DNA of 61,575 nucleotides, the filler included, from Hausera hauseri (lineage: Eukaryota), in NCBI GenBank assembly GCA_046269625.1. It is 12 parts of 12 records of this genome, joined end to end, with 100 filler letters (N's around TTAATTAATTAA, not from the genome) between each part and the next. Parts side by side here need not be neighbours in the genome. Positions count along the whole stretch, not along the records: positions 8,956 to 14,028 come from JBJURY010344267.1; positions 14,129 to 19,456 come from JBJURY010278618.1; positions 19,557 to 24,868 come from JBJURY010282839.1; 9 more parts are not named here. One strand, 5' to 3'. The position numbers and the translations under genes are program-made. Numbering within the stretch: the stretch's first letter is position 1; each line of letters begins with the position of its first letter. The notes under the pieces are model-generated. The model did no database searches and was not told the DNA's origin. It saw nothing but the letters and a program-made list of their open reading frames with translations. Positions 12,780 to 24,968 of the stretch are shown here, piece after piece.

Positions 12780-12938
12780 TATCAGTTTTAGTTTTATACT
12801 AGAGTGTATGCGGCATTTAAAAAGTTTTTCTGATTATTTTTTATTATATTTTATTACCTTTCGCCTGTTTACATGTTCTAATAAAATGAATTGACTAATG
12901 AGATTTTGAAAACTGACCTTACAGTTTTGTTCAATCTT

Positions 12939-13161
12939 CACGTCATCGGGGGAAGGAAAAGAAGCCAATCAGAAGGGGACACGTCATCGGGGGAAGGAAA
13001 ACTGGCGAATTAGAGGAGAACACGTTATCGGGGGTAAGGAAAAAAAATTGCTTAAATTTTGCTAGTGAACAAAGGAATTTCTGGCGCAGTCGTGGTTTCA
13101 CTATTCCCACCTCTAGAACAAAGATGTTGTGGTGCAGATTGGGTTTTACTATTCCCACCTC
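12939..13161. repeat. Short direct repeats just beyond the PolB stop codon (possible Polinton subterminal region)
   Basis: CACGT(C/T)ATCGGGGG(T)AAGGAAAA x3 at about 12939, 12979, 13021; GGTTT(C/T)ACTATTCCCACCTC x2 at about 13094 and 13142. Confidence 0.7.
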
Positions 13162-13233
13162 ACTCCTTAGTAATAAAACAAAGACGGTAAAGACTGAAAT
13201 ATTTATTAAATATATGTACATAATGGACAGTAA

Positions 13234-14028
13234 TCATATAGAGTAATATCCGTAAGCTATACTTCGGTTTTTATCAACCCAGTGACGTTTGTCGTCGAAG
13301 GGATCTAGTGCTTTCTTTTCTGAGCTGATTGTTATGAGCTGGTGGTTTTTAGTACCAATTCGATCCTTGTCTACCATAGTGCTACAACCAGTTTCATAAG
13401 CATGTAGGTAGTTACTAAACTGCAAGTCTCTCTGCTTGAGATTGATACATTTGCATTTGAGGACTGGTTTAGTTAGGGTTTTGAGGGCATAAGATTTCTG
13501 CCGTAGGAAAACCGCCTCTTCATACTGAACACAGCCCTTGCTCTCATCATTAAATTTGCCAATTACAGAAGCAAAACAAGTAGTGTACAGCGGATCAGTC
13601 TTATCATAGTTTGATGTATCTAACTGTTCATTTGCTATCATTGCTGGTAAAAGTTGGGATTTTAAGTCCACACCACGGCATTCAATGAAGAAATTGTTAG
13701 TGTCACCAGCAACAATATTTAACTAACAATTAAACTGATGCTTGTATGTCTCCAACTCGATATAATTCAGCTCATACATCCGTAACTTAGGCAGACCAAG
13801 TGTGGCCTGACCGATGTATGAGGGCCTATCTAAGATGACTATGTCTGTATCGAGGAGAACTGCAACTAGATCATCGGCTATTATAATGCTCTCTTTAAAC
13901 TGGGCCTTAATAGCATATGTAACTAGTTTTTTAGGATTATTACACAGTCTAATGTTTGATCTATTTAGAAAATTCTCTACTGTTTTGCCATATAAGCTAT
14001 TGTTCTTAAGCTTAAAGAAGTCTTTTTC
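13234..14028 (-). pseudogene. Polinton pPolB C-terminal third (more divergent third lineage)
   Basis: KDFFKLKNNSLYGKTVEN (motif B), AGDTNNFF (decayed motif C), DTSNY, IGKFNDE, FLRQKSY, DDKRHW..IAYGY; one in-frame stop. Confidence 0.92.
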
Positions 14029-14128
14029 NNNNNNNNNNNNNNNNNNNNNNNNNNNNNNNNNNNNNNNNNNNNTTAATTAATTAANNNNNNNNNNNNNNNN
14101 NNNNNNNNNNNNNNNNNNNNNNNNNNNN

Positions 14129-14999
14129 CTCGTCCATACCGTGCTGCCGGTGTAAATAATGTATGGCAAATGGATCTGATGGAAATGATTCCGTACATTA
14201 GCATCAACGATGGGTATCTGTGCATGCTGATATGTATTGATGTGTTTAGTCGTTTTGCACGTGCAATTGCTGTGAAATCTAAATCCGGTAAAAAAATTGC
14301 CGACGCTGTTCAGACAATGATACAACAAGAACAGCCGAAGCATTTACAAATGGATCTGGGTAAGGAATTCTACAACGCCCACGTTGCAGAGGTCTTGAAA
14401 CGGTTCGGCGTAAACCATTACTCGGTGTTTTTCCCATACAAGGCGGCATTCTTTGAACGATTTAATCGAACATTGAGCGGTCGCCTAAAGAAATTCTTTA
14501 CAAAGCAAGGCAACATACGCAGGGTAGATATACTGCCGAATATTATTCATACGTACAATCATTTGACACATTGTGGCATCAGTAGATTACGGCCGGTTGA
14601 CGTAATTGACGATTTGAACATGTGGCTTTATCAAAACCGAACCCAACTAGGATGACAGGCAATTAAACTCCCAAAATATAAAATCGGGGATTATGTACGT
14701 ATTTCAAAGCTGAGTAAGACACCATTTATTAAGAATTTCAATCAGAACTGGAGGTTTTCCGAATTTTAGCAATCAACACAAAACAAAGTCCGGTTATGTA
14801 CGTTTTAGAAGACGAAAATGGTGACGAAATACGTGGCTAATTTTACAAACAGGAACTGCAAGTACTACCGGAAAAACCTGATGTGTGTCGTATTCAGGAA
14901 ATTCTACGTTCACATGGCAAAGATTCGAATAAACAATATCTCGTCAAGTGGCACGGATACACTACACCAAGTTGGATTTTTGCATCGCAGATTGAGTGA
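14129..14999 (+). pseudogene. Polinton rve (c-)integrase with C-terminal chromodomain
   Basis: WQMDL, CIDVFSRFA, LQMDLGKEFYN, ERFNRTL (D,D-35-E core); KYKIGDYVRISK; FYKQELQ; QYLVKWHGY..SWI (chromodomain). Confidence 0.92.
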
Positions 15000-15910
15000 T
15001 GAGCACTTATTTGATACTTAATAGTAACAGATTGTTACAACATGACAACAACAATAACAATACCGCTGAACGGTTTACCATGGCGTTGTACTAGCCGCTC
15101 GACTTACGCCAGGGAGCCTGGGAAGTGGTTTTGGTGGAATTCACGTTTACATTTTCACCAATAACAATACGTGGGAACAGTGGAATATACTATACCCTAG
15201 TAAGACAATCTCCTGCATCTAGTCGTTTGCAGTTAGTCCGAGGCTCTAATGGAACATTTCACGTTCGCAATTACCAACGGCAATATTTCCCGGTTTCTAT
15301 TTTTCATTTAAACAATCGATTTGTGCTAAAACACAAACATCCGATTGAATTGCAATTCAAATCACTAGCCGACGCTCAGGCATGGGGTTTTCAATCATCT
15401 GCCAATGTGCGCTCGAAAGGTCTACAGCTCGGTGGACAGAGTATAATTAGTGAAAAATTGAACTTCTCCACTGCGAAAACCACCGATATTACAGTGAACT
15501 GGAAAAAGACTGAATCATTCTTTCACTCTCATACAAAAAGAACTGGTTTTCTTACGGAAACGGAAACAGAATTGTGCGCAACCATCAAGGTTGTAACTAA
15601 ATTGCTTCTCCAGACATTTGAATTAAACTGTGATGGTTGTATTTCGTTTACACTACATGATATTGTTATATATTTTGCCTTTGATGAACAATTGGAACGG
15701 AATCTGGGTTTCAAGAAACAAGAATTCGGACGAACCGGTGGCGGATGGCCCATTGTTGCTAAACACAAACCCCGTCTTTACGAAGCATTTCACTTAATCA
15801 ATATTTTAACAGATTGAACCGAACCCGTATATATTGGCGGAAACCGTAAACAACTATTGGCTTCTATTGGACTGGATTTGGACACGTACAAAGCACCGGG
15901 CGAAACTGCT
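14999..15910 (+). pseudogene. Polinton minor capsid protein (penton/PX)-like, 3' truncated
   Basis: ATG overlaps the integrase stop (TGATG); MSTYLILNSN..NNTAERFT..PLDL..WEVVLVEFTF N-terminal motif and INILTD.TEPVYIGG..QLLASI C-terminal motif. Confidence 0.75.
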
Positions 15911-16478
15911 TGTGGTGCCCACAGCGGTCGGTGCCCTTTGGCCCATTTGGTCGGGTACGGCCGGGCGTCCGTTGCCGCCACGTCAGGCCCATAGTCAGGC
16001 CCGATCTCCCACCTCATGAATCTATTTATAAAACACCTCTACCACTTTATAATACTGGAAATAGAAGTATATGACGATGATCACGGCACCGATATTGTAC
16101 CGGAAACAGAATCTGACTGTGATGATTCCATAACGAGTAGCATATGTGTGACAGATTACAATAACGATGTTTCCAACATTACCGGTTCAATGACAACAGT
16201 CAAACGACATCAAACCAGTTTACATCACATCCAGCAAACAGTTGGCAGGGCGATAATTTCGCTACTTTTTCTGTTAGTTATGATCCGAATAATTCATCAC
16301 AAAATCTGCGACCTGCCACGCGAATATTTTCTAACCCTCAGTCAGTTCAGTCGTCACAGCCGAATATGACGAGTTCCAGGTCAAATATTTGTCGAGATTT
16401 GTTGACGCATTCAAGCACTGTACAACGTCTCATATCGACTACTGCTATATTCGCATTACCAGTATCAACAACACCAAA
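15911..16478 (+). mobile_element. Probable Gypsy solo LTR separating the penton from the TBK1 fragment
   Basis: Starts TGTGGTGCC (same 9-mer as the LTR start at 44225) exactly where penton homology stops; ends CACCAAA (6/7 inverse match) exactly where kinase homology starts. Confidence 0.45.
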
Positions 16479-17700
16479 CACGTGGAAGATTCGCAAACAT
16501 TTCACACCCTATTCGGAACAGAAGAGTATCTGCATCCTGATATGTATATACAATATTTTGAGGGTATACCAAAAAATCACTGCCAATATGGATCTGTGGT
16601 CCATCGGAGTGACTCTGTACCATGCGGCAGTTGACCAACTACCATTCCTTCCCTTTAACTATTCCAGATCATCTGATAGATCAAAAGAATTCTTTGAAAT
16701 ATATGTATATAGTTAAAAAGCCTGGAGTTACTTGTGGTCGACAAATGTCTGATACTAAAAGTGATATACAATGAAGTACACAATTACCCGATTGTAAACT
16801 ATCACCAATGCTTAAAGAAATGACATCGTTGCTTCTTGGAAAGCACATGGAATACCTTAGCGCATATAATACATACGACAAATTTTTTGAAGAATCCAAC
16901 AAAATTTTGCAGAAAAAACATTGTTTGATGTTTAGTAGTCTTGACGGTCAATTACAAATGATGTATCTTGACTGTGTAACATTCAGCAATATTACCAATT
17001 AAGTTTCATGTCTAATTGGTTTAAACCGAGAAGATTTTATAATTCTCACAAGGAACAAACGCTTGGAACCTTTGGCTGACATTCACGCTGAGTGTATTAG
17101 ATCATATCCTGTGAAAGGTCTTTTGAAACATAAGCTAACGGATGATTCGATAATTGTCGTTCCGTGTAAACAGGTTGAACAGACGAAACCATTATTTATT
17201 CAACAAGCCAATAACAACTCTGAAGTACCGCCAACTTCCTTCCGAAATTTCAAAGTATCCAAAAAACATACTGAAGACGTAATGAAAGCCATTTACCAAG
17301 TGACAGGTGCTGCAGGTTACATCAATTGATAGATTGAGTGTCACAGAGAAACAGTAGTTTTTTTAATGAAAACGTCAAGATTGGATCACTTAAGACAATG
17401 AATACTTTGTTGACCTTTCAGATGAAAGACATCAAGGACTGCTGTCTTATGACAGATGCTTTAGTGAAAATAGCAAATCCTGCTCTGTGCAATTCTTATT
17501 GTAATCAAAACAGTCAAGAAAGTCTTTCAAAGTGTATGGACGAATTTGAACAACTGAGAAATGAGGCTAATAAAGGCGAAAAATATGGGGAACAATATTT
17601 TTGCAAAATTGTTGAAAGGCACGAAAATCGAGATTCGAAAATTGAAAATTCTGGAGATAAAAACTATTACCGAGTTAGCGAAGAATACATTGCTCCATGA
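16479..17700 (+). pseudogene. TBK1: TBK1/IKK-epsilon family kinase fragment (activation loop through ubiquitin-like and helical regions), intron-free, broken
   Basis: [16 protein letters not shown] and [19 protein letters not shown] are diagnostic of TBK1/IKKe ([33 protein letters not shown]); N-lobe and DFG absent. Confidence 0.85.
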
Positions 17701-18044
17701 TCAAATCAGCTGTCGATATCATTTGCTCTTGTTTTCTGATTCCATTTTTATTCGTATTGTTGTCACTGTTTATCTGATAACTTTTTGGGACACAATAGAT
17801 TTGTGCCATTTTAAATATATAAGAAATTTTGTTGTGTTGTAATTTTAATAAACAATATTTTTGGAAAAAAAAAGAAAAAAAAATTAAATTCTTCTTTAAC
17901 GTTGCACTGCTGGTAATGACGTATGTGACCCGCAACGTCACCAGGTGTACGCACCGTCTCTTTTGGCATTCTGATGACGTTATTCGCCTCATAATCACAA
18001 ATGAACTCTACTTTTATATCAATTCCGTGCTTGTTGAACATTTG

Positions 18045-19320
18045 GTCAGCAACCTTTTCTCCATGAACTTCATATTCACCATATTGTTTTACAATGCTTT
18101 GTGGCTTGTGCATGAACTGTTCATTAGTATCGAGTATTTTCAATTTCACACTTTTATCTTTGTTCTTGAATGCAAGTAAAATATCTTTCATTACATCTTC
18201 AATTGCATGGGTAAGTTCATGAGCCATTATCATTTCAAAAGATCCATATTTAAAAGACAAAGAACACTCGGTTCATAAATGGGAAATCGAATTATGGCTA
18301 CGGGAAAGAACAATTCATTCGATTCAGGAGCGTAAAACGCGTTTACCACATGTGGAATGAAAGTGGTGTCTAAAGTTGAATCCGAATTTAAGACCAATTT
18401 CATTTTTTTCTTGTAAAAGAATTCTTTGAATGTACTGTAGTTTTTGATAATGTTTCCTTGATAGATATCTTTTTAACTAGTTATCGATCACTTTTTGATT
18501 TAGAATATTTTCATCGTACCCAATTTTCTGATTGACTCTACTAATCATTTTGACTGTCATGTCTTTAATTTTCTCGTCAATCCACTTACTGACATTTATC
18601 TCGTGTCTCACATGGTCTTTGATATTCTTCAACATCAACTGAATCTGATTTATCAGCGAACTATTAAAAAATTTTTAACATAAATACTTCCAACTGGAAA
18701 AGAAGAACTCTTGATGTCAGATCAATGCAACCTTTCCAATTATCTTCAAAATTATTGAATCCGTGAATCATTTTTGCATCTTTATTCAGAAAGGTTATTC
18801 ATTTTTCAAAGGTTACTGCCGGAGAATCGATTAGACCCCATATTAAATCCAGATGAAGAATTCTTTTCCGTCCTTGTAAAAAATACTGATTGAGAATGTA
18901 GCATGTTCCATTTAGATGCGTTTAAGGCTGAACAATAGCAGTACTGCTATCTGAGAGTTGAGATCCACAATCTTTCAAAATATGATTAATGAGAGAAATC
19001 CTATTAATCTGAGGAAACAACTGCTGAACTCTTTATAAACTCATTTTCTTGTTCATCTGATATTGCAGATTGAGTGAAATGGAATTTTTTTCATAGTAAT
19101 ATGCCAAATTCATTTCCAATTCTATAATCTTGTTCAAAGTGGGCAGAATTGGCAAGTCAAACATGACAGATTTTGCGGTTTCTTTATTTGGTCTTTTGTA
19201 TTCAGTAACTCTGGCCATTGAATGCTTTTGTGAAATGCCTGTTTCAAAATTTTTGATTCAAGAATAAATTCACTTGGATCAATCTAAATCTTCAAATTGA
19301 AAAGATCTACATTCGACATA
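18045..19320 (-). pseudogene. Neprilysin/ECE (peptidase M13) fragment
   Basis: VVNAFYAPESNELFFPVAII..P..YGSFEMIMAHELTHA (VNAFY + HExxH) and IVKQYGEY; truncated before the ENIAD ligand motif. Confidence 0.85.
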
Positions 19321-20039
19321 AAATTGTTGACTGTAAAATTTCAAAAAATGGTTGAAATGCCAAAATGGTCGAAAAGGTAAATTCAAAAATCAAACTTAAA
19401 TCGCCAAAAAATTTTTTTATTAAAACTACAACACAACATTTTTTTGCATATTTAAANNNNNNNNNNNNNNNNNNNNNNNNNNNNNNNNNNNNNNNNNNNN
19501 TTAATTAATTAANNNNNNNNNNNNNNNNNNNNNNNNNNNNNNNNNNNNNNNNNNNNAAAGTATGGTAGTAATGAATGGGAGAAGAATAGTAATGTAAGAA
19601 GAATCCCCGAGTCGATTGTGATAAAGGGTGAAAGGACAGGAAGGTCAAGAAGTGCAAATACTCTTTGGTTGTTGAGAAACATGGAGGTGGAATAAATATT
19701 GGTCTGCCTTGCATGCGTGCAGCTAGTTCCAGTCTTGTTTGTTTCGTGGCTCCCCTTGAAACATAAGACGTCAATGAATGTTTTCCAACTGCATCGGTCC
19801 TGGGCAGGCCAGTTTAGTTCATTCTGGTCCTTACCTGTCTATATAAGGAGAGGGAATGCGGTAAGACCGGAAACAAGTCAACATGAGTTTGAAAAGAAAA
19901 ACAAAAAAGGGTTATAGAGTTTTACAAGTGGACAAGGTTACGACCAGGAGGTCTTCATCGGGTACAAGAGCATACAGGATGCGACGAACAGCTACAAGCA
20001 CAACTACACTGAGTAAGAAAAAAGAGAAAGAAAAGGTTG

Positions 20040-20420
20040 CATGGTGCAAGAGGAACTGGGTAGAAAAGATAAACGTTAGTGAGACGGAGACACTAGGGAG
20101 AAAAGAAATACGTAGAGCTAAAGATACAAATTAAAACAAGATGGAAATAATTGTACTTACGAAACATCAGTTTTAGCACGCAATTGTTGCGCACTGTGGT
20201 CCTGGGTTTGAAAAAGTCATGGAATTTGTAATCAACATGTAAGTAGAAAACCTGTTTTATACTGGTTCAGAACAGACTCGGTAAACAATTAAGGTAATAC
20301 AATAGATGCTAAGAGTGATCATGCATCTGGGGTAGGGAAAATCAGTTTAAAAAAGCTAAGAAACATTAGAAGAACAGCAAGACATATTAAATGGGGTATG
20401 CAGTGTTTGAAAACAAATAA
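20040..20420 (+). pseudogene. Possible highly decayed retropepsin (LTR element protease)
   Basis: LFYTGSEQT resembles LLDTGS and a later WGMQCL resembles ILGMD; many stops. Confidence 0.25.
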
Positions 20421-21410
20421 GGAAATGAAAGATAACTACTGCATCACAATGAAGAACAGATACAGTGCCATAACAAAGAGAGAAAGCATAGATAAGTAAG
20501 TAAAGTAAAGTCCATTTCATGCCTAAAGGCAGGCGTATAGGGAAGTGTGGCCTTTGTGTCCACATTTTTCCTTGACACCGGCACATGATTGGGTTATGTT
20601 GTCAGCATAACGCCAGGCCGCCTTTACTTTCCCAGATAATTTCTCCGGTACCCATTTGTGAGACTGGGTGGGCCCTTGGAGCCGTTTTGGTCGAAAAAAA
20701 AATCCAATGCCCACGGCTGGGATTGAACGCACGACCACACGATCAGCAGACGAGTGCAGTAACCACCACGGTTCCTAAAACTGTGTTTGCTTTGTTCTTT
20801 TCCGTCTTCGCATCTTCTCTTTCCAATGATTCCCAGTCTGCTCGTTTTCTTCTTCATTCTAATCCATGTCTTTCTGTCTTCGTCTCCTTTCTTTGATATC
20901 TCGTTATTGTTGCCTAATGCAGTAATGTAAAAAGGAGAATTGCCTATTTCATTACCCTGGTTAAATAGATTTAATTCATTCCATGATTTATTACTTCTGC
21001 CCTTCTCTTTACCTTTTCTCTTGCTCCTCACTCGTCATCTCTCCTTCCTCCTTCTAAGCGAATTCATTTCTCCATCCACATCTTCCTTATTCTTGTTCTC
21101 TCTTTTTTTTCGTCGACTTATTCTTTTTCTTCTTCTGTGTTATTTCTTTCTTGTTTATTCCGCCTTTTAAATGTATTTCATCTGCTAATATTCCTTCTCA
21201 GCCTTTTCCATCCACTCCATCTCCTTCTTCTATGTTCTCTTTGCTCGTTACCATCTATTTCACCTCCTTCTTCCATTTCTTCTTCACAATTGTGATTTTT
21301 AATCTCGTTCTTATATTTCTTTCTTGCATTACCACTTTCCCCATCCACGTTTTCCATTTTTTTTTGTTCATTCTCCCTTCTCCTCGTATTTCTTTGCTTA
21401 TGCCGCCATA

Positions 21411-21556
21411 GCTGTCTACACCCCACCATTACTTTCTAGTCCCCACTGAAGCTTTCTTCTTCCCACCATGGCTTTCTAATCCCCACCTTTCTACCCCCAC
21501 CACACCTTTCTAATCCCCACCACAGCTTTCTACTCGCCATCACAACTTTCTGCCAC
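21411..21556. repeat. Minisatellite, ~20-bp unit CTTTCTAATCCCCACCACAG, about 7 degenerate copies
   Basis: Recurring CTTTCT..CCCCAC at about 20-bp spacing. Confidence 0.8.
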
Positions 21557-21659
21557 TTTAGCTTCTTCGTGCTATTATTTTCTTCTTCCCTTTCAACTTC
21601 TTTGTTGTCATCTATTTTACCTCGCCAAGGACAACAAAGACAACGATAGATTCATTCGA

Positions 21660-21986
21660 AAGAAGGTGTTAAAGAAAAGTCCTAAGAATATCATTGACCA
21701 AAAATGAAAGAAATACAGACGTATTTCAGGAACTGAACGTCACGGGCAACTGGCTCATGAACAGATATCATGTCTCAAAAACTGAAACTTGGCCATGATG
21801 ACATGGAAAGAACAGCAATGGAAGGTACTGCTCATGGCACATGAGGCAAGGGACGACCTGGACGAGACACAACACAGGACATCAAGGAGAATTTGAACAT
21901 AAAATTGAAGGAGGCAAGGAAGCTGACGAGAGACAGAGAGTGTATTAGGCAGGTTTTTATAAGAGCAAGGTTCGACATGATGATGA
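21660..21986 (+). mobile_element. RTE-clade LINE 3' end with (TGA)n tail
   Basis: AMEGTAHGT*GKGRPG..QDIKE..LKEARKLTRDRECIR matches the RTE ORF C-terminus (EG.V.G.R.RGRP..DDIK..EA..DR..WR); ATGATGATGA tail at 21977-21986. Confidence 0.7.
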
Positions 21987-21990
21987 ACCG

Positions 21991-22210
21991 TTCTTGTTCT
22001 TGTTTGATCTCCACGTCATCGAGCGTCACCTCTTCTAGATGAGCAATGATAAAGGTTGTAGTCCTAAAAAGGACTATGGAGTACTGACATTGAGCTTGCC
22101 TGTTGTCCCGCTGGTGCCTAGGAGGGTGGACTGAGGTCCTCCAGGCATTAGTGCAATGTTGGCCTCCTAGAAATGATCGATCTCTCAACTGAGGACCATA
22201 TAGATGCTTC
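21991..22210 (-). repeat. Dispersed repeat copy 1, probable retroposon 3' end with CAA-rich tail
   Basis: Collinear with 22953-23190 (AAGGACTATGGAG..CTAGGAGG.TGGAC..AGGTCCTCCAGGC.TTAGTGCAATG.TTGGCCTCCTAGAA). Confidence 0.7.
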
Positions 22211-22952
22211 TAACATTGGCCAGGATGATACATTTTTTCCTCGAACACATTTCAAAACAAAGTGACCCACCGCCCCCCTCCGCCGACAGTCACATTGATA
22301 TCAAACAACTTACCCATCCCTAGGACGCTGTACATAAATCATTATTATTTTTTTTTTTTCCTCAACGAGAGATGGGGATCCATGACGGCATAAGCTGCAC
22401 ATCTTGAACCTGACAATGAATTCTTTTTTTTTTTCCCGCCTCTAAACAGATTAGATTCACAATTAGATCCATTGCCACCATCACGAAAGCGTCAGTTGAG
22501 CCTCTGTTGTTAATTTACCGAGACTACCAGATCTGCGATTCGGCTCCTCCAACTGTCGAGAATACATTCCACAATAAAGCTGCAGCTGCAATGGGCATGT
22601 GCCCACAAATGAAGTTTGTTTGTTTGTTTTCCGCTCCCCAGTATGTTGATAACCTTACTGTCAAATTCTATTCTGGCGCCTACAGTCTTATTTTTATAAA
22701 TATTTTTGTCCTTTTTAAAAAAAAAATGTTTGGCTACCTATTGATACACGCAAATTCAACGATGTAACTATTTTTAATGTGTAACTATTTTTTTAATGTG
22801 TAAATGAATGCAAGATGTATGAATGATGTGCGAAAAGAAGGGCAGAATGTAAGACGGGCATGTGTGCCCAATTCTTATCCCGTTGAAAATAAAGTTGATT
22901 TGATTTGATTTGTGCTTTTGTCCGAAAGACAATGTCACATTCTTTTTTTCTA

Positions 22953-23190
22953 TGTTGTTGGTGTTGTTGTTGTTGGTCGATCGTCACATCACCCAGCGTC
23001 GGCTCTTGTGGGCGAGCCCTGAGAAGGGCTGTTGCAGTCATAAGAAGGACTATGGAGGAGGGTAGGAGAGCTTTCCTGCTGTCCCGGTAGTGTCTAGGAG
23101 GTGGACCAAGGTCCTCCAGGCTTTAGTGCAATGCTTGGCCTCCTAGAAGTGATGTACCACTCAACTTGGGATCATATCGAGCCTCTACCC
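22953..23190 (-). repeat. Dispersed repeat copy 2 with (CAA)n tail
   Basis: Homologous to 21991-22210; (TTG)n run at 22953-22975 on the plus strand. Confidence 0.7.
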
Positions 23191-24229
23191 GTTAGACCGC
23201 AGATTTCGCTACCTTCGCATGAGGACGACGACGAAGATGTGGACAGAGGATCTTGGCTGAGTATGATTCGTCAGCCCTGTGCATCAAGGCCCCCACACAG
23301 CACCACTATCCCCAGAGTCTTTTTCTAAATCCGGTTTTGATTTTAATTTTGCGGATCGGCATTTAGTTTTGCTTCCTCTGCATAAAATTGGATGTTTTAA
23401 ACATAGGGAAACATTGTCACTATCAGCAACACAGAATGATAATGTAGAGCCAATATGAAACAGGTGAGGCGCAGTCCCAGATAATTACGTCTGAATATCA
23501 GTTAATTGACTGATTGATTTCATTGGCTGATTGATTATTGCAGTTTTGTGTTGATTTAAATAAGTCATAAATATTTTATTAACGGTGTTTATCTTTATTT
23601 TCCCGCGCACGTTTGTTACGGGTTTAAAGTACGGACCCGACGTCTGTTTACAGTAACGAGCAATGAACCATCTTTCAATGGCTAGCTGTTCGCCAGTTTT
23701 TATTTAACAATGTGTTCCAACAACGTTAATTATTAGAATGCATTAATCAATGATGTGGATTCCCTGGAGTACATTACACCACAAAATAACGTAACTGTAT
23801 TCCGTTTACTTTGTGTTATTTCCGTCTAGACCAGCGGTTCTAAATCTTGTAAATCCTTCCTTCATTTTTTTTTTATTTTCAAGGATAACATTTTTTCTTC
23901 GTTTTGCGAAGGTTCCTTTTTCCACAGTTCGATATTTTGATTTGTTTTAGTTAAAATCGATTCATTTTAGTTCTTTCCGGGGCGTTCTTTTTTTTTCCTG
24001 TTTCGTAACGTTTCCACATCATTCCGTTCTTTGTTTTTTAACCTCTGTCTTTGTCTTACCGTATCGTATATAATTAACTCTTCACTATAGCAATACAACA
24101 CTTGTAGACTTATTGTTGCAGCTATGCGTCTCCTCTGTCGCTGGGCTTTTCCTTATATTTTTTGGTCTTTAGATTTTACAAGTTTTCTTCCACCATGTCT
24201 TTCTATCTACAATGTTTGGTTCTTACGCA

Positions 24230-24690
24230 GGTTATAGAAATTAAAAGTAGAATTGCACAGAAAAAAACCGCATACAAAGTATGAAAAATCTATTGTGTAC
24301 GACAAACCTGTCATTGCAGCTAAGACAGAGAGTCCTATAGTTTTATATTGAATCCATACTCCTGTATGGTTGAGAATCGTGGACGTTGAGTAAACATTTG
24401 AAAATTATTTGAAACCAACAGAAATGTTGTTTCTCAGAAAAATGTTGTTTGAATCATGTGGACGGCAAGAATAAATGAAGATATTTTCCACGAAGCAGAT
24501 ACAGAAATATCATTTATCAGAAAGATCAGAACTTGGTCACCACAGGCAAACAGAAGTAGTGGACGCCAGAGAATGAAGTGTTGTTTTATATGAATGTCTT
24601 TGAAGACAGTCAACGGCAGAGACTACTAGGACACCAGGTATTGAGAGATGAAGATCAATGACGATTTACACTTCACGGAGTGACAACTAA
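24230..24690 (+). mobile_element. RTE-type LINE ORF fragment downstream of the RT core
   Basis: EIKSRIAQ, SILLYG*ESWTL, MLFLRKML..SCG..NE match EIKRRIA..LLYG.ESWT..EMWFLRRML.ISW. Confidence 0.7.
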
Positions 24691-24968
24691 ACATAATGAT
24701 TTAATTTATAAAATCCCACGTATTTTTTTTTGCTTTTCTGTTGGACATTGTTCTATTTTGTTTTTGGAATACAATGCGCAGACCAAGCAAGTCTGTACGC
24801 AATAAGTGAAGGGCACAATACCAAGAAGAATAAGACGGATATAAGACCTTCAAGATTTAAAGGCCAAGNNNNNNNNNNNNNNNNNNNNNNNNNNNNNNNN
24901 NNNNNNNNNNNNTTAATTAATTAANNNNNNNNNNNNNNNNNNNNNNNNNNNNNNNNNNNNNNNNNNNN

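Noticed and set aside
18040-18065. GEKVAD as the neprilysin third zinc ligand (GENIAD)
   Set aside because: Spacing from QYG is too short; homology seems to end here at a junction.
20940-21429. Hydrophobic or charged ORFs as real proteins
   Set aside because: Low-complexity CT/GA-rich DNA yields such ORFs on both strands; no domain motifs, at most a decayed gag.
22090-22180. Hammerhead or HDV-like ribozyme in the structured repeat
   Set aside because: No CUGAUGA/GAAA core on either strand and no nested double pseudoknot found by eye.
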